64,000 nucleotides of DNA, taken from NCBI GenBank assembly GCA_963723995.1, contig CAVRSZ010000005.1, forward strand, positions 683 through 64,682, given 5' to 3'. How positions within the stretch are numbered: the stretch's first letter is position 1; each line of letters opens with the position of its first letter. The position numbers and the translations under genes are program-made. Positions 1 to 12,898 of the stretch are shown here, in pieces. This DNA is from an uncultured Acidimicrobiales bacterium. Its GTDB lineage: Bacteria; Actinomycetota; Acidimicrobiia; Acidimicrobiales; SZUA-35. Below the pieces are notes generated by a model. The model did no database searches. It was not told where the DNA came from and was given only the letters and a program-made list of their open reading frames with translations.

Positions 1-1331
1 GCGGCCCGGCCGGGAGTCCGATCGTGGTCGAGTACCGCTCGGAGTTGGAGCGGGATCCGACCGCACCGGTGATCGATGCCGCCTGGAAGGTGGTGGAGGG
101 TAGGCCGGGCGTTGCCACCGAGGTCACGGTCGAAGGGTCGTCGCCACCTCAGCGGATCGTTGTCTCCACGGTGGCGGTCGAGCCCGAATCCAGTGCACCC
201 CTCCAGTGGTTTGTCCATCAGTACAACCGGGACGCCGACGGTTGGGAGATCAAGCTCCTCGACGACGATGGAACGCTGGGCGCCTCCCTCCACCCCGAGG
301 AGGTGGCGACCCATATCCGCTTTGACCGGGAGTCGGCCACGGTGGGCATTGTCGACGAAGCCGGGTTCAAAGCCTTGCTCGACGAGCGACTCCGTCCCTT
401 CGTTCGGGGTGGACAGCGGGGTCGGTTCGAGATCGAGGCGACCGGTGACGGGGTGACCCCCATGATTCGAAACGGTCGGCTCGACGTGTTGGACACGCTG
501 ACCGAACCGCTTCCCGGCAAGGTGCCCGATGTCGAGCGTGCGTGGGCCGACCTGGTCGACGCGGTGCCGTCGTTCGGACGGGTCGTGGCCGTTCAGCTCG
601 TCGATGGCGACGATCTCTACAACGGGGTCGACCCTGCGGATCTCACCGTGAAGCTGGCCGAGTCGCGAACGCCCAACACCGGCGGCAGTCGGATGACCAA
701 CATTCGCAACGTGCTCGGCGTGGCCCGGGGGATCGTGGTCGAGCCGGGCGGTGTGTTCGGCATCAACCAGACGACGGGTAGCCGGACAGCGGCGAAAGGG
801 TTCGTGCTGGCCGGAGCCATCCTCGAGGGCGAGCACGTCGACTCCTTCGGCGGCGGTGTGTCACAGACCGCAACGATGTTCTACCAGGCTGGCTACATGG
901 CTGGATTGACCTTCCCGGAACGGGAGGGCGGCGGTGTCGGCGGCGGCCACCAGGCGTTCGGTCACTCCGAATACTTCGGCCGGTACGACAACTACTACGC
1001 CGAGGGCTGGGGGCTCGACGGTCGCATGGACACCGGCCGGCTCGGCCGCGGGGTCGAACAGACCGTGAACTGGCCAAATCGGGAGGCCGGCTTCATCAAC
1101 ACGACGCCGTACCCGATTCTGGTGTGGACCTTCGACACCGGCAACCAGGTGGGAGTCAGCCTCTGGTCGTTGGAACGCACCCGTTTCGGCGTGTACGAAG
1201 GTACCGATAGTTGGCGACAAGGTTCGTGCATCGGCTGGATCCACGACCGCACCGTGTACGACACGGACAACAACGTCATGTTCGAGGACTCCTACAACGG
1301 CTTCTACCGCACCGCAGGGCCGACGTGTTGA
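1..1331 (+). CDS. VanW-domain protein (5' end probably outside the window)
   Basis: Frame is open to the window edge; VanW-type motifs FGINQTTGSRT..GF and GGGVSQTATMFYQA, plus N.TPYPIL. Confidence 0.8.
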   Translation, partial: GPAGSPIVVEYRSELERDPTAPVIDAAWKVVEGRPGVATEVTVEGSSPPQRIVVSTVAVEPESSAPLQWFVHQYNRDADGWEIKLLDDDGTLGASLHPEEVATHIRFDRESATVGIVDEAGFKALLDERLRPFVRGGQRGRFEIEATGDGVTPMIRNGRLDVLDTLTEPLPGKVPDVERAWADLVDAVPSFGRVVAVQLVDGDDLYNGVDPADLTVKLAESRTPNTGGSRMTNIRNVLGVARGIVVEPGGVFGINQTTGSRTAAKGFVLAGAILEGEHVDSFGGGVSQTATMFYQAGYMAGLTFPEREGGGVGGGHQAFGHSEYFGRYDNYYAEGWGLDGRMDTGRLGRGVEQTVNWPNREAGFINTTPYPILVWTFDTGNQVGVSLWSLERTRFGVYEGTDSWRQGSCIGWIHDRTVYDTDNNVMFEDSYNGFYRTAGPTC

Positions 1332-1532
1332 GTGTTCGCTGGAACAGCCCAAGTCCGCCGACGAGGACTACACGTGGTAGCCGTCAGCGGATCGCCGATT
1401 TCAAGAAGCTCGGGCACCGGTTGTTCTGCTGACCCGGCGGTGTCAACTGGGCCCTACTCCCAACCCTCACCCCGCCTAAACGCGGAGCTCCAGTTCGGAG
1501 CGAGATGGTTGGTCGAACGGGTCTCGAGTTGT

Positions 1533-2240
1533 TCAGACCTGTTTGCGTTCGGCCGATCGACGTAACCCGCTACCGATTGCGGCGAGAATGGCCGAGACAA
1601 AGAACACCGGGAATGCAGCAACGGCCCGAAGCCAACCCTGAAGGCTCTCGTCTGATCTTGACTCGAACGAGCCGGAATCGATCGTGTTCAGGGACTCCTG
1701 CGAGGTCAGAATCCACTGATAGCCGAAGTAGAAGAAGATCCCGAAGGCAACGATGATGCCGATCGAACCCAGCGTGGCCAACACGGTTCCGACAACCATC
1801 CGGGCCGACGCCCGCCGGCGACGGCGATTCCCGGGTGCCCGTCTCCGCAGGATGTTGATGAGGTCGCCTTCGATGCGGTGAAGCGAGCCGTGATCCATCT
1901 CATTCAGATCGATTCGTTGGATTTCGTTCAGAACCAGTGCCAATCGATCGGGGATCATTGGATTACCGATCCGCACCGGCAGGATCGGGATGTCGGCTCG
2001 GTCGGCGGCGAGTATCTCCCGTCGGACCCACTTGCTCTGCATCGAGTTGACCGTAACCAGGGCAACCACGGCGTCGGTGGAACGAAGCCCTTCAGCCAAC
2101 GCCGCGCTCCAATCCTCGGCTCCAGCGATCTTGGCGACATCCATCCACACATCCCAACCGGCAGCGGTGAGGTACCGGCTGAGCTCGTTGGCCGCAGCCG
2201 AGTCCTTGGTGCTGTAGCTGATGAAAACCCGGCGGCTCAT
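1533..2240 (-). CDS. TIR_2-domain protein with two C-terminal transmembrane helices
   Basis: RVFISYSTKD, DVWMD and SKWVRREI (catalytic Glu position retained); two hydrophobic segments near the C-terminus. Confidence 0.85.
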   Translation of the reverse strand: MSRRVFISYSTKDSAAANELSRYLTAAGWDVWMDVAKIAGAEDWSAALAEGLRSTDAVVALVTVNSMQSKWVRREILAADRADIPILPVRIGNPMIPDRLALVLNEIQRIDLNEMDHGSLHRIEGDLINILRRRAPGNRRRRRASARMVVGTVLATLGSIGIIVAFGIFFYFGYQWILTSQESLNTIDSGSFESRSDESLQGWLRAVAAFPVFFVSAILAAIGSGLRRSAERKQV

Positions 2241-2264
2241 TGGGCAATTCAATCACAGACCCGG

Positions 2265-2297
2265 CGGTGGGGCGCCGCCACTGGCAACGCCCCACCG
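2265..2297. terminator. GC-rich hairpin downstream of katG
   Basis: CGGTGGGGCG...CGCCCCACCG inverted repeat. Confidence 0.55.
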
Positions 2298-2345
2298 TCA
2301 AGGTTGTCTGTAGTTGAGAACGCTCGTAGTTGAGAACCCTCTGTC

Positions 2346-4556
<2,211 letters not shown>

Positions 4557-4647
4557 GTATTCTCCTGATGTTCCGGATGGTTTGTGGGTGATGATAATTG
4601 GACTTCGAGGTCTCCGCCTGGGAGCACCCCAAGAACTCGGCTGTGGT

Positions 4648-5070
4648 TCAGGCCGCCTCGGCCCGGCAGTCGGGGCACACACCCCAGTAGATGACCTCGG
4701 CCTCGTCGACGTCGAATTTCCAGTCCTCGACCGGGTTGAGGCACGGGGTGTAGCCGACGGCGCAGTCGACGTCGACAAGGCGATCGCAACTGCGGCAGAC
4801 GAGGTGATGATGGTTGTCGCCGACCCGATCCTCGTAGCGTGTCGGTGAGCCGGCGGGCTGGATACGGCGGATGATGTTGTTCTCGGCCAGCACGGTCAAG
4901 GTGTCGTAGACCGACTGCCGGGATATCGCCCCGATCTGTTGGCGCACGGCTTCGGCCACCTGATTGGCGCTGCAGTGGGGGTTGTCCGACACGGCACGAA
5001 GTACGGCCAGCCGTTGGGCCGTGACCTGGAGTCCGTGATCACGAAGCAGTTGTGGCAGCTCGACGGGCAC
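4648..5070 (-). CDS. furA: Fur-family peroxide regulator
   Basis: [34 protein letters not shown]; directly upstream of katG; GTG start. Confidence 0.93.
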   Translation of the reverse strand: MPVELPQLLRDHGLQVTAQRLAVLRAVSDNPHCSANQVAEAVRQQIGAISRQSVYDTLTVLAENNIIRRIQPAGSPTRYEDRVGDNHHHLVCRSCDRLVDVDCAVGYTPCLNPVEDWKFDVDEAEVIYWGVCPDCRAEAA

Positions 5071-5077
5071 GGCCCCT

Positions 5078-5106
5078 AGTCTTGGACAGATTTTGGACGA
5101 TGTCAA
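5078..5106 (-). promoter_or_regulatory. sigma70-type promoter of a probably leaderless furA
   Basis: Minus strand TTGACA-N17-AAGACT, then 7 nt to the GTG; overlapped by an imperfect TCTTG...CAAGA inverted repeat. Confidence 0.7.
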
Positions 5107-5195
5107 GAATTGGCGGGAAAGAATTGTTGGAAGCAGTCTTCCCCCTATGACCGACCCTTTGTCTTTCGTGGGACGAGGAGAGACCAATGCGGCGG

Positions 5196-6296
5196 CTATG
5201 CGGGGCGAGGCTCGGACCCGTCCGACGCCGGCTCTGCCCCATCGTCGAGAGCGATGAGGGGAGCGGCCCATTGGGTGGTGGGATCGATGTCGATCAAAAG
5301 CGCCTTGGCCAGAAGAGTCAGCGGCACGGCCAGCAGCGCCCCCAAGGGGCCGATAACCCAACCCCAGAAGATGAGCGACAGGAACGTCAGCGTGGTCGAC
5401 AGCCCGACGGCATCACCCACGAACTTCGGTTGGAGGATCGACTGGATGACGAAGTTGATGACGCTGTAAATGATGATGACCCACAGCGCAAGCGACCATC
5501 CCCCCTCGAAGAACCCCAGCAGGGCCGGCGGTATGAGACCGATGACGAAACCAATGTTGGGGATGTAGTTGGTGATGAACGACAAGACACCCCACACCAG
5601 GGCCAGCGGTATACCCAGGGCCCAAAGGGCTGCGACGTCAAGGGCGGCGACGATGAGACCGAACACCGACGAGACGACGAAGTAGGAGCGAGTGGAACCG
5701 GCGAAGTTTCGCAGCGCCTGGACCACTGTCGGCCGCGCCCCAGCCACGCGGCCGAGACTCCGCTCGAATTTGGCCGAGTCCATGACAACAAACAGCATGG
5801 TGATCACGAGCAGGCTGAAGGCGCTGAGGAGGCCGAGAACGCCGGACAACGCCGAGGTCACCTGGCTGGCCACCGTCCCCAGATCGATCGAGTCCAGCAC
5901 GCCTTCCAGCTCCCCACCGCTCACTCCCACTTCTTCCAACAGGTCGGCGATGTCGCCTCGAGCGTTCTGGAGCTGGTCGGCGTAGGTATCGCCGGTGATC
6001 AATTGCGTCAACTCCGCCGCCGACCAGACCAGCGCAGCCACAATTGCGGCTACGACTCCGAACGAGGACAGAAAGGTGGCCAGGCCGGCCAACCAGGCCG
6101 GAACCCCCCGCCTGGTCAGCGCCCCGTGAATCGGGCTGACCGCCACCACCACCACGAACGCCATGAACACCGGGCCGACAATATCGGCGAACGCTCGGAG
6201 ACCGGCCACGAGCACAATGCCGGCCGCCAGGGTCAGCATGACGTTCAGCCCTCTCGGCAAGATCGGTACTTGTTCATTGTGGTCGGTGACAGTCAT
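5196..6296 (-). CDS. AI-2E family transporter
   Basis: Multi-TM protein; NYIPNIG and [12 protein letters not shown]...[12 protein letters not shown] motifs. Confidence 0.9.
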   Translation of the reverse strand: MTVTDHNEQVPILPRGLNVMLTLAAGIVLVAGLRAFADIVGPVFMAFVVVVAVSPIHGALTRRGVPAWLAGLATFLSSFGVVAAIVAALVWSAAELTQLITGDTYADQLQNARGDIADLLEEVGVSGGELEGVLDSIDLGTVASQVTSALSGVLGLLSAFSLLVITMLFVVMDSAKFERSLGRVAGARPTVVQALRNFAGSTRSYFVVSSVFGLIVAALDVAALWALGIPLALVWGVLSFITNYIPNIGFVIGLIPPALLGFFEGGWSLALWVIIIYSVINFVIQSILQPKFVGDAVGLSTTLTFLSLIFWGWVIGPLGALLAVPLTLLAKALLIDIDPTTQWAAPLIALDDGAEPASDGSEPRPA

Positions 6297-6480
6297 CGAC
6301 GACACTCCCTGGTTGTTTCCCGCTACGACACGGACCGCAAGGTCGAACTCATCTTGTCACACCGGACTGGTCGTTGATAGTTCCTCAACCGGAGGAGAGT
6401 GCGGCCTCGACGTTGAGCGGCGACGTGGGCTCGTCCCTCTCGCCTCGTCGTTCGAGCCCGGCTTCCGAGCGATGTATCCG

Positions 6481-7350
6481 TCAGTCGGCCCGAAGGCGTC
6501 GCCGGGTCCCCACCACCACCACGACGGCGACGGCGAGATAGATCCCGATCTTGATGACGTCGAAGTGGTCGGTCAGTGGCGGGTCGAAAAGGGCAACGCC
6601 ATCCGGGGGATTGCGATACAGCGTCGAGTAGTGATTGGTGGCGGTGTGGAACAGCACCGCCGGCATCACGCCACCGTCGGCCCGCCCGGTCAGCCACACC
6701 ATGATCGGCGTGAGGGTGAGAGTAATGCCATAGAGCGCAGCGACGGACTGATTCCCCCCATTCCACGAATCGAGCAGGTAGAGAGGCAGATGCCAGGTGC
6801 CCCAGAGAACACCGTGGACTAACGCCGCATACAGCGGCCGGAGCTCGGACAGCAGACCCGGCAGTCCCATTCCCTGCCAGCCGAACTCCTCGACGCCACT
6901 GCCCAGCCAGAACAGGAGGAAGACATTCACCGGTGCGGCGGTGATAGCCCAATACCACGGCGGGTCGGACGATAGCGCAGCCGATCCGTCCACCAGCCCG
7001 TATATCACTAGATGGGCAATCGATACGAGCAGGGGCAGGGCGAGGCCGCCGAGCAGCACCGCACCCCATCGGCCCCGAACACCGGCGACACGGCGAAACC
7101 ACGACCAGGCACCCTCGGCCCGATGGGCGATGACGAGCGCTGAAAGCAGTGGACCATAGGCGCCGAGGACGATCAGCACATTCTCGAGCCCGCCAAGATC
7201 GGAAACCGCAGCCACCCCCCAGATGACCCAACTCACGGCGAAGGTCAGCGTATAGAAGGCCGCCGGCCGCACCGGCGTCGAACCGGCGACTTCCGGCTCA
7301 TCGCTCCCGGCATCTTTCAACAGGGGCCTACCCGATCCCATGCTTCTCAT
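6481..7350 (-). CDS. CPBP (CAAX/Abi) intramembrane metalloprotease
   Basis: EEFGWQG, WGTWHLP and HTATN motifs. Confidence 0.88.
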   Translation of the reverse strand: MRSMGSGRPLLKDAGSDEPEVAGSTPVRPAAFYTLTFAVSWVIWGVAAVSDLGGLENVLIVLGAYGPLLSALVIAHRAEGAWSWFRRVAGVRGRWGAVLLGGLALPLLVSIAHLVIYGLVDGSAALSSDPPWYWAITAAPVNVFLLFWLGSGVEEFGWQGMGLPGLLSELRPLYAALVHGVLWGTWHLPLYLLDSWNGGNQSVAALYGITLTLTPIMVWLTGRADGGVMPAVLFHTATNHYSTLYRNPPDGVALFDPPLTDHFDVIKIGIYLAVAVVVVVGTRRRLRAD

Positions 7351-7483
7351 TCAGAACCCGCACCGGATCAACCGAGTAGAGGCTCAGGTCCTCTTCACCG
7401 AGTCAGCAATCCGATCAGCCCCCTGCACTGAACCGGCAATCCGATCAGCGCACCGGCCGACTCTCGACCGCTGTCATCGACGG

Positions 7484-8524
7484 TCACATCATGCCGGTGA
7501 GGAACGAGGCCAGATTGTCGCCCAGAACATCGCTCAGGTAGCCGCCCTCCTGGACCAGCACCGTTGGCCGGCCGAGCTCGGCGACTGCCCTTGCGATCCG
7601 CTCGAAACCGGGCGTGGTGACCCTGAGCCCCTTCAGGGGATCGTGCTCCGAGGCGTCCAGCCCAAGCGCAACCACTAGATAGCCGGGGTCGAAATCCTCG
7701 ATGCGAGCCCGGGCCCTGTCGAGCGCATCGAGGAAGTCGGCGTCACCCGAGCCTTCGGGCAATGGCAGGTTGAGGTTGTGACCTTCACCGTCTTCGGCGC
7801 CGATCTGATCGCTGTAGCCCCAGAAGAACGGGTAGTAGTCGACCGGATCACGATGGATCGAGATGGTCAGCACATCGGAGCGGTGATAGAAGATGTCCTG
7901 GGTGCCGTTGCCGTGGTGGACGTCGACGTCGAGTACGGCCACCCGACCGTTGGCAGCCCGGCCGACCGACACTCGAAGCCACTGGGCCGCGATGGCGGTG
8001 TTGTTGAGAAAGCAGAACCCGCCGGCCATGTCGGCAAAGGCATGATGGCCCGAGGGACGACACAGGCCGTAGGCGACACGTTCGCCGCCGGCCACGGCGG
8101 CGGCGGCCGACAGTGCCGTGTTCACCGAGGCCAGAGCCGCGGTGTAGGTGTTGGGGCCGATGGGGCAGGCGGTGTCGGCCATATGCCACCCGGCCCGACC
8201 CACGATGCTGTCCGGATAGCCGGCCGGATTCCGGGAAGGATGGATGTTGGCCACCACCTCGCCCGACTTCGCCCCGGCCAGGCCGCTCCATTCGTGATGG
8301 GCGTGGCGCAGGAACTCGAGATATCGGGCCGAGTGCACGGCGGCCACCGGCCCGAGCCCGAAGTCGGCGGGCCTTTGGGTTTCGACCCCGATGCGGTCCA
8401 AACCCTGCCGCAAACGGTCGATACGCTCCGGCTGGTCGGCGCTCGGGGTGGGAAGGCCCCGGACCAGGAAGAACTCGGGATCGTGCATGGCCTGGACCGG
8501 ATCGAAGAATGCTGGCAGTGACAT
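7484..8524 (-). CDS. histone deacetylase family protein / acetylpolyamine amidohydrolase
   Basis: CRPSGHHA, GGFCFLNN, DVDVHHGNGTQ, QEGGY. Confidence 0.93.
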   Translation of the reverse strand: MSLPAFFDPVQAMHDPEFFLVRGLPTPSADQPERIDRLRQGLDRIGVETQRPADFGLGPVAAVHSARYLEFLRHAHHEWSGLAGAKSGEVVANIHPSRNPAGYPDSIVGRAGWHMADTACPIGPNTYTAALASVNTALSAAAAVAGGERVAYGLCRPSGHHAFADMAGGFCFLNNTAIAAQWLRVSVGRAANGRVAVLDVDVHHGNGTQDIFYHRSDVLTISIHRDPVDYYPFFWGYSDQIGAEDGEGHNLNLPLPEGSGDADFLDALDRARARIEDFDPGYLVVALGLDASEHDPLKGLRVTTPGFERIARAVAELGRPTVLVQEGGYLSDVLGDNLASFLTGMM

Positions 8525-8608
8525 GATGGCAGCCAAGCATACTTCGGTGTGACGAGCGGCCTCCGGTGGTGGAGGATCGCCCGTGACCCGTCCCGTCTTC
8601 CTCGTCCT

Positions 8609-9826
8609 TCAGCCGTCGAGAATGGCGAGCAGCTCGGGGGGCGGGGTCTGCTCGATGCGGCGCCACGCCTCGTCATCGGTGCCGGCCAGGAATTCGAGCA
8701 ACGGGTCGTCGGGCGAGATCGTTCCGTGGCGCAGGGCGATGTCGGCGATCCGCCGCACCTGGTTGAGATAGGTCTCGGTGATAGCCTCACCCTGTTGGGT
8801 CGAGGCGGCCTCGGAGTCGATGTAGGCAACGGCCGCAGGGGCGAGCGGGACGCCGCGGGCGACGGCGGCCTGAAGGAGTTCGACCTGATAGGGGAAGGTG
8901 TAGGTCTCGACATCGTCGATGATCCGGGCCAGGGCGTCCGAGTCGAAGGCCTTGAATGCCCGATTGGTGTCGACGATGATGGCGGCCAACTCTGGCAGCA
9001 GGTACTGCCAGATGGCGATGAACAGCGATCCCCGAACGGCTCGGGACGAACCGACCAGGGCCACCGAATCAGGCTCACGACGTGATCCGGCCACCACACC
9101 CAGACCGTCGTTGACGATCCCCGCCAACAACAGTCCGAGCTGATCAGGCAGGATCGACAGGTCGGCGTCATTGTCGACGATGATGTGACGGCGATCGGTG
9201 TCGAGATCGAGGCATCGGCGCATGCCGAACAGCACCGCTCCCCCCTTGACGCTGCGCCGGTCACCGTCCTTGGCCGTGAGACCGGGGGGAACATGGGGAT
9301 CGCCGATTTGGCGGGCCTCCTCCAGAAACAGCACCTCATGCCGATCGTCCCAGCCGGACAGGTCGGAGAGAATCTCGGCCGCCAACGCCCCGGAGCCGTC
9401 GGGGCACCCGTCGTCGATGACCACCAGCCGGGTCCGGACCTCGGGATTGAGCCGGCTGATTCGATCGAGGGCTGCCGCCTTGTACCGGATCGAGTCCTCC
9501 CCGTGGGGGTGCCGATGCCGGGGCTGCATGCGACCGGTCTCCTTGTAGACCGGATTGAGCAGGGTGACGACAACCGGCTCGTCCAGTGACCGTATGGTCG
9601 CTCGAGATTCGACGATCTTCAGTGCGACCCGAAGTCCGACGGCCCGGTCGGGACGCTCTGCCAAATGGCGATCGAGCTCGGAGACCGACTCGAGTCCACC
9701 CGGCCCCAGTTCGGCTTCGACCCGGTCGACATAGGCGGCGAAGTCACCGGTCGATGTGTCATAGGCCTCGACCACCGGAGGGGAGGCGGCGATGAGCGCG
9801 TCGAAGCAGGGGGCTGTATCGGGCAT
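8609..9826 (-). CDS. GT-A fold (GT2-like) glycosyltransferase
   Basis: PVYKE, VIDDGCPDGS, KGGAV..G, DNDADLS, GSRR, DTNRAFKAF. Confidence 0.7.
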   Translation of the reverse strand: MPDTAPCFDALIAASPPVVEAYDTSTGDFAAYVDRVEAELGPGGLESVSELDRHLAERPDRAVGLRVALKIVESRATIRSLDEPVVVTLLNPVYKETGRMQPRHRHPHGEDSIRYKAAALDRISRLNPEVRTRLVVIDDGCPDGSGALAAEILSDLSGWDDRHEVLFLEEARQIGDPHVPPGLTAKDGDRRSVKGGAVLFGMRRCLDLDTDRRHIIVDNDADLSILPDQLGLLLAGIVNDGLGVVAGSRREPDSVALVGSSRAVRGSLFIAIWQYLLPELAAIIVDTNRAFKAFDSDALARIIDDVETYTFPYQVELLQAAVARGVPLAPAAVAYIDSEAASTQQGEAITETYLNQVRRIADIALRHGTISPDDPLLEFLAGTDDEAWRRIEQTPPPELLAILDG

Positions 9827-9914
9827 GGTCCAAACCTACATCCCCGGTCAAGCCCATGCCGGGACGGTTCGCCGTGGCCGGCCGAACGCACAGCCCAGAC
9901 CGTGGCCGTGCCCC

Positions 9915-11156
9915 TCAGCGCGGCTCGAAGATCAGCTCGTGGTCGTTGCCGGTCAGCACCAGACGTTGGGCGGTCCGAGGGTCGTCGAAACCGAACTCGG
10001 TGATCCCGCTCAGGGCCGACTCGTAGACCGCAGCGGCTGCGTCGAAACAGCCCTCCTGTTCACCCTCGATCGGTCCGAACTCGATGGTGCCGGTGCCGAT
10101 CTCCAGGGGGCCGCCGTAGCGGTTGCAGAACAGCTCGCCCTCGTAGGAGCCCGGGGTGAGGATGAGGGTGATGATGCCCTCGCCGTCGGCCTCGGGATCG
10201 TCGGGGTCGGGCAGCTCGATCGGTCCCTCGGGTGTGTAGGCCTCGACCAGCACCCATTCGGCATCGGCCAGCAGCTCGGCGTCGGAGGGCACCGGCTCGC
10301 CCAGCAGGGCCGCCACTTCGTCCTCGGTTGTCGCCCGGTAGACCAAGACTTCGCTGCCCCTGGAGGTGAGGGTCAGGCGATCACCTTGGAGAGTGGGCAC
10401 AAACCCGTCGCCCAGCACGGTGACGACCAACCCGTCCTGATCCCACAGGGAGGTCGGGCACTCACCGTCGGCGGCGAAGTTGGGGAAGACGATCTGGTTG
10501 CCGGACACGATGTAGTCGCCCGACAGCTCACGGCAGCCGGTGCTGCCGGTTACCGTCCCGTCCTCGGCCAGCACCAGGGTGGCGGGATCACCCAGCGGAA
10601 CCCGTGTCTCCTCGCCCTGGCTCAGTGACTCCAGCAGCCAGAGCCGGCCCACGATGCCGTCGATCGGGACCGGGTCATTGAGCCGGAATATCAGCTCGGT
10701 CGACGGGCCGGACAGGGCCAGCTCATCGACCACCAGGTCGATCCCGTCGACATCGCTCAGAGCGGCCAGATAGGCCGACTCGGCGGCCCGCACCTCGGGT
10801 TGGCAGCCCATGGCGGTCATCGAGAAATTGTCGATTCCCAGCGTTGAACCCTCGATGAAGTACTCGCCGCCATACTCGTTGCAGGCCGCCGTTCCACCCA
10901 GGGTGTCACCGTCGAAGACGAGCGTGATCGGAAAGCCGTCGACGAGCACGATCTCGCCGTCCGGCCCGGCCCCGGCCAGCAGCGTCCACGAAGTTCCGAC
11001 CATCTCGCCCCCGTCGACCGTGCCCGGCGGAACGTCCTCGGTCACACCATCGTCGACCGGTTGCCCGCCCGTCGTGATGTCCATCGACTCCTCACCACAG
11101 CCCGCCGCCAACAGCATGAGAACAGCGCAGGGCACGAGCAGGAGACGCCGGAGCAC
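9915..11156 (-). CDS. lipoprotein with three META domains
   Basis: Lipobox LAAGC; three W.L...G..(A/G/F)CN.Y.G-like repeats (the middle one divergent, GCRELSG). Confidence 0.85.
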   Translation of the reverse strand: MLRRLLLVPCAVLMLLAAGCGEESMDITTGGQPVDDGVTEDVPPGTVDGGEMVGTSWTLLAGAGPDGEIVLVDGFPITLVFDGDTLGGTAACNEYGGEYFIEGSTLGIDNFSMTAMGCQPEVRAAESAYLAALSDVDGIDLVVDELALSGPSTELIFRLNDPVPIDGIVGRLWLLESLSQGEETRVPLGDPATLVLAEDGTVTGSTGCRELSGDYIVSGNQIVFPNFAADGECPTSLWDQDGLVVTVLGDGFVPTLQGDRLTLTSRGSEVLVYRATTEDEVAALLGEPVPSDAELLADAEWVLVEAYTPEGPIELPDPDDPEADGEGIITLILTPGSYEGELFCNRYGGPLEIGTGTIEFGPIEGEQEGCFDAAAAVYESALSGITEFGFDDPRTAQRLVLTGNDHELIFEPR

Positions 11157-11296
11157 GAACCCGATGGTAGAGGAGCCGGGAGACCCGATCGGGTCGGGTC
11201 CCACAACGAGGCGCCCGGACTCGATCGGCGGTAAGCACGAGGGAACTCCCCCAGTGGGACTTCGTCCACTCGAGGGATCCCACGAGGAGACCCCCG

Positions 11297-11905
11297 GTCT
11301 CCCACGAGCCGAACCCGACGCTGTTCCAGAAAACGCTCGGGGTCAACGACTTCTACTTCGGTGCCGAGGACTGGCCGTATCCCCTCGGCCATATGCAGAT
11401 GCTCGGCAAGAGCGACGCATCGACCGTGGCCAGGCTCATGCCCGATGCCGACGACCCGGTCGACCTGGCACGCCACACGGTGGACTTCTGGTTCCAGACG
11501 GAGGACCTCGCGATGGCGGAGAACCGAGTCGTCATCGACGACGACGGGACGATCCGCCTCATCTACACCGAGACGAATCTCGAGTCGCATGAACGCCTCA
11601 TCGCCAAGTTCAAGACGCTGCTCAACAGCGTGGGGTGCAAAGACGAGATGGTGCCGTTCCCGGAATACGCCGGTGGACGCAAGTCGATAGCCGGCGTGTC
11701 CCATCAGTGTGGCACCGTGCGTTTCGGCCGCGACCCAGCGACGTCGGCACTCGACGTCAACTGCAGAATGCACGAACTCGACAACCTGTACGTCGTCGAT
11801 TCGAGTTTCTTCCCGTCGAGTGGTGCGGTGAACCCGACACTGACGATCATCGCCAACGCGCTGCGTGTAGCCGACCATCTCGAGGACAGGCTCTCCGGGG
11901 GATGA
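11297..11905 (+). pseudogene. C-terminal fragment of a GMC-family oxidoreductase
   Basis: FQKTLGVNDFYFG, HQCGTVRFG, NLYVVDSSFFPSSGAVNPTLTIIANALRV; no N-terminal FAD-binding GxGxxG region. Confidence 0.85.
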
Positions 11906-11974
11906 GGCCCCGCCGGGGCGTTCATGAAGACCCGGATTCGGTCAGGAACCGGCCCGAACAGAGAGAGAGCTCAC

Positions 11975-12898
11975 TCAGATGGCGATGACCTGGGAGGCGC
12001 GAAGCAGCCGGGACAGCAGTTCGCCGTCACCGTCACTCACCCTGATCACCGAGTCGGGTTCGGCTCGGCGGGCCGCGACTCTGCAGTAGTCGACGACATC
12101 GATGACAAGGAGGTTGGCGTGGGGACCAGGGCCCCACAGGTCGAAGGTCCCGCCACCCGGCCCGGTGAGCACCAGCCGGGTTGGTGCCGGCTCGAGGTCG
12201 GTCCCCAGGGCGAACAGAATGGGCAGTGCGTTTGCCGACGCCGACGACATGGTCCTGAGCTCACCCGGATCGGGGGGGTCCAGCGGCCGACCGGTGGCTC
12301 GACGGATGTCCTCGGCGTGGGTCCACAGCTCGAAACACCGGGTGATCAGGGCGCTCCCGGCGTTGAACGGCCACCCGTGCATCGGCGCTGGTGACTGTGG
12401 ATCGAACCGTTCCGAGAACACGTGATCCTGGACATGGCGGACGGCTCTACGCCATCGATCGATTGTCTCCCCCGGGGGGCCGGAAACCATCTGTTCGATC
12501 TCGGCGTCGTCCATGGCGAGGTGATCGACGGCCGCCGGGTCGTCGATCGGCCGGGGCGGACGGCCGGTGAGGCCGAGCTGTCGGGCCGTGTACTCCTCCA
12601 CCACGACCAGATGGGCCAGCAGCCCATGGACGGTCCAGTCGTACGGTTGGGCCCGGGCGGTCCACTCGTCGGGCTCGAGCTGGTCCAGCAGCATGTTCAG
12701 GGCTGCCACCCGCCGCTGGTAGATCGAGCCGACGTCCAGTCCGTCGAGTCCCCGGCGTGGGCGGTCGTCAACCGCTTCCAGCACAGCATCGCGGATCGCC
12801 GGCGGCGGCGTCTCGGCCGCCAGCTCGGCCAGGGAGGCCAGGATGTAGGCCATACCCGGCTCACCCCCCAGATCGTCGATGTGCTCGTCCGTGCTCAC
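11975..12898 (-). CDS. MDMPI_N/DinB-like protein with an anti-sigma-like N-terminus
   Basis: PPPAIRDAVL, WTVHGLLAHL, FELWTHAEDIRRA; overlaps the stop codon of the ECF sigma gene. Confidence 0.75.
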   Translation of the reverse strand: MSTDEHIDDLGGEPGMAYILASLAELAAETPPPAIRDAVLEAVDDRPRRGLDGLDVGSIYQRRVAALNMLLDQLEPDEWTARAQPYDWTVHGLLAHLVVVEEYTARQLGLTGRPPRPIDDPAAVDHLAMDDAEIEQMVSGPPGETIDRWRRAVRHVQDHVFSERFDPQSPAPMHGWPFNAGSALITRCFELWTHAEDIRRATGRPLDPPDPGELRTMSSASANALPILFALGTDLEPAPTRLVLTGPGGGTFDLWGPGPHANLLVIDVVDYCRVAARRAEPDSVIRVSDGDGELLSRLLRASQVIAI

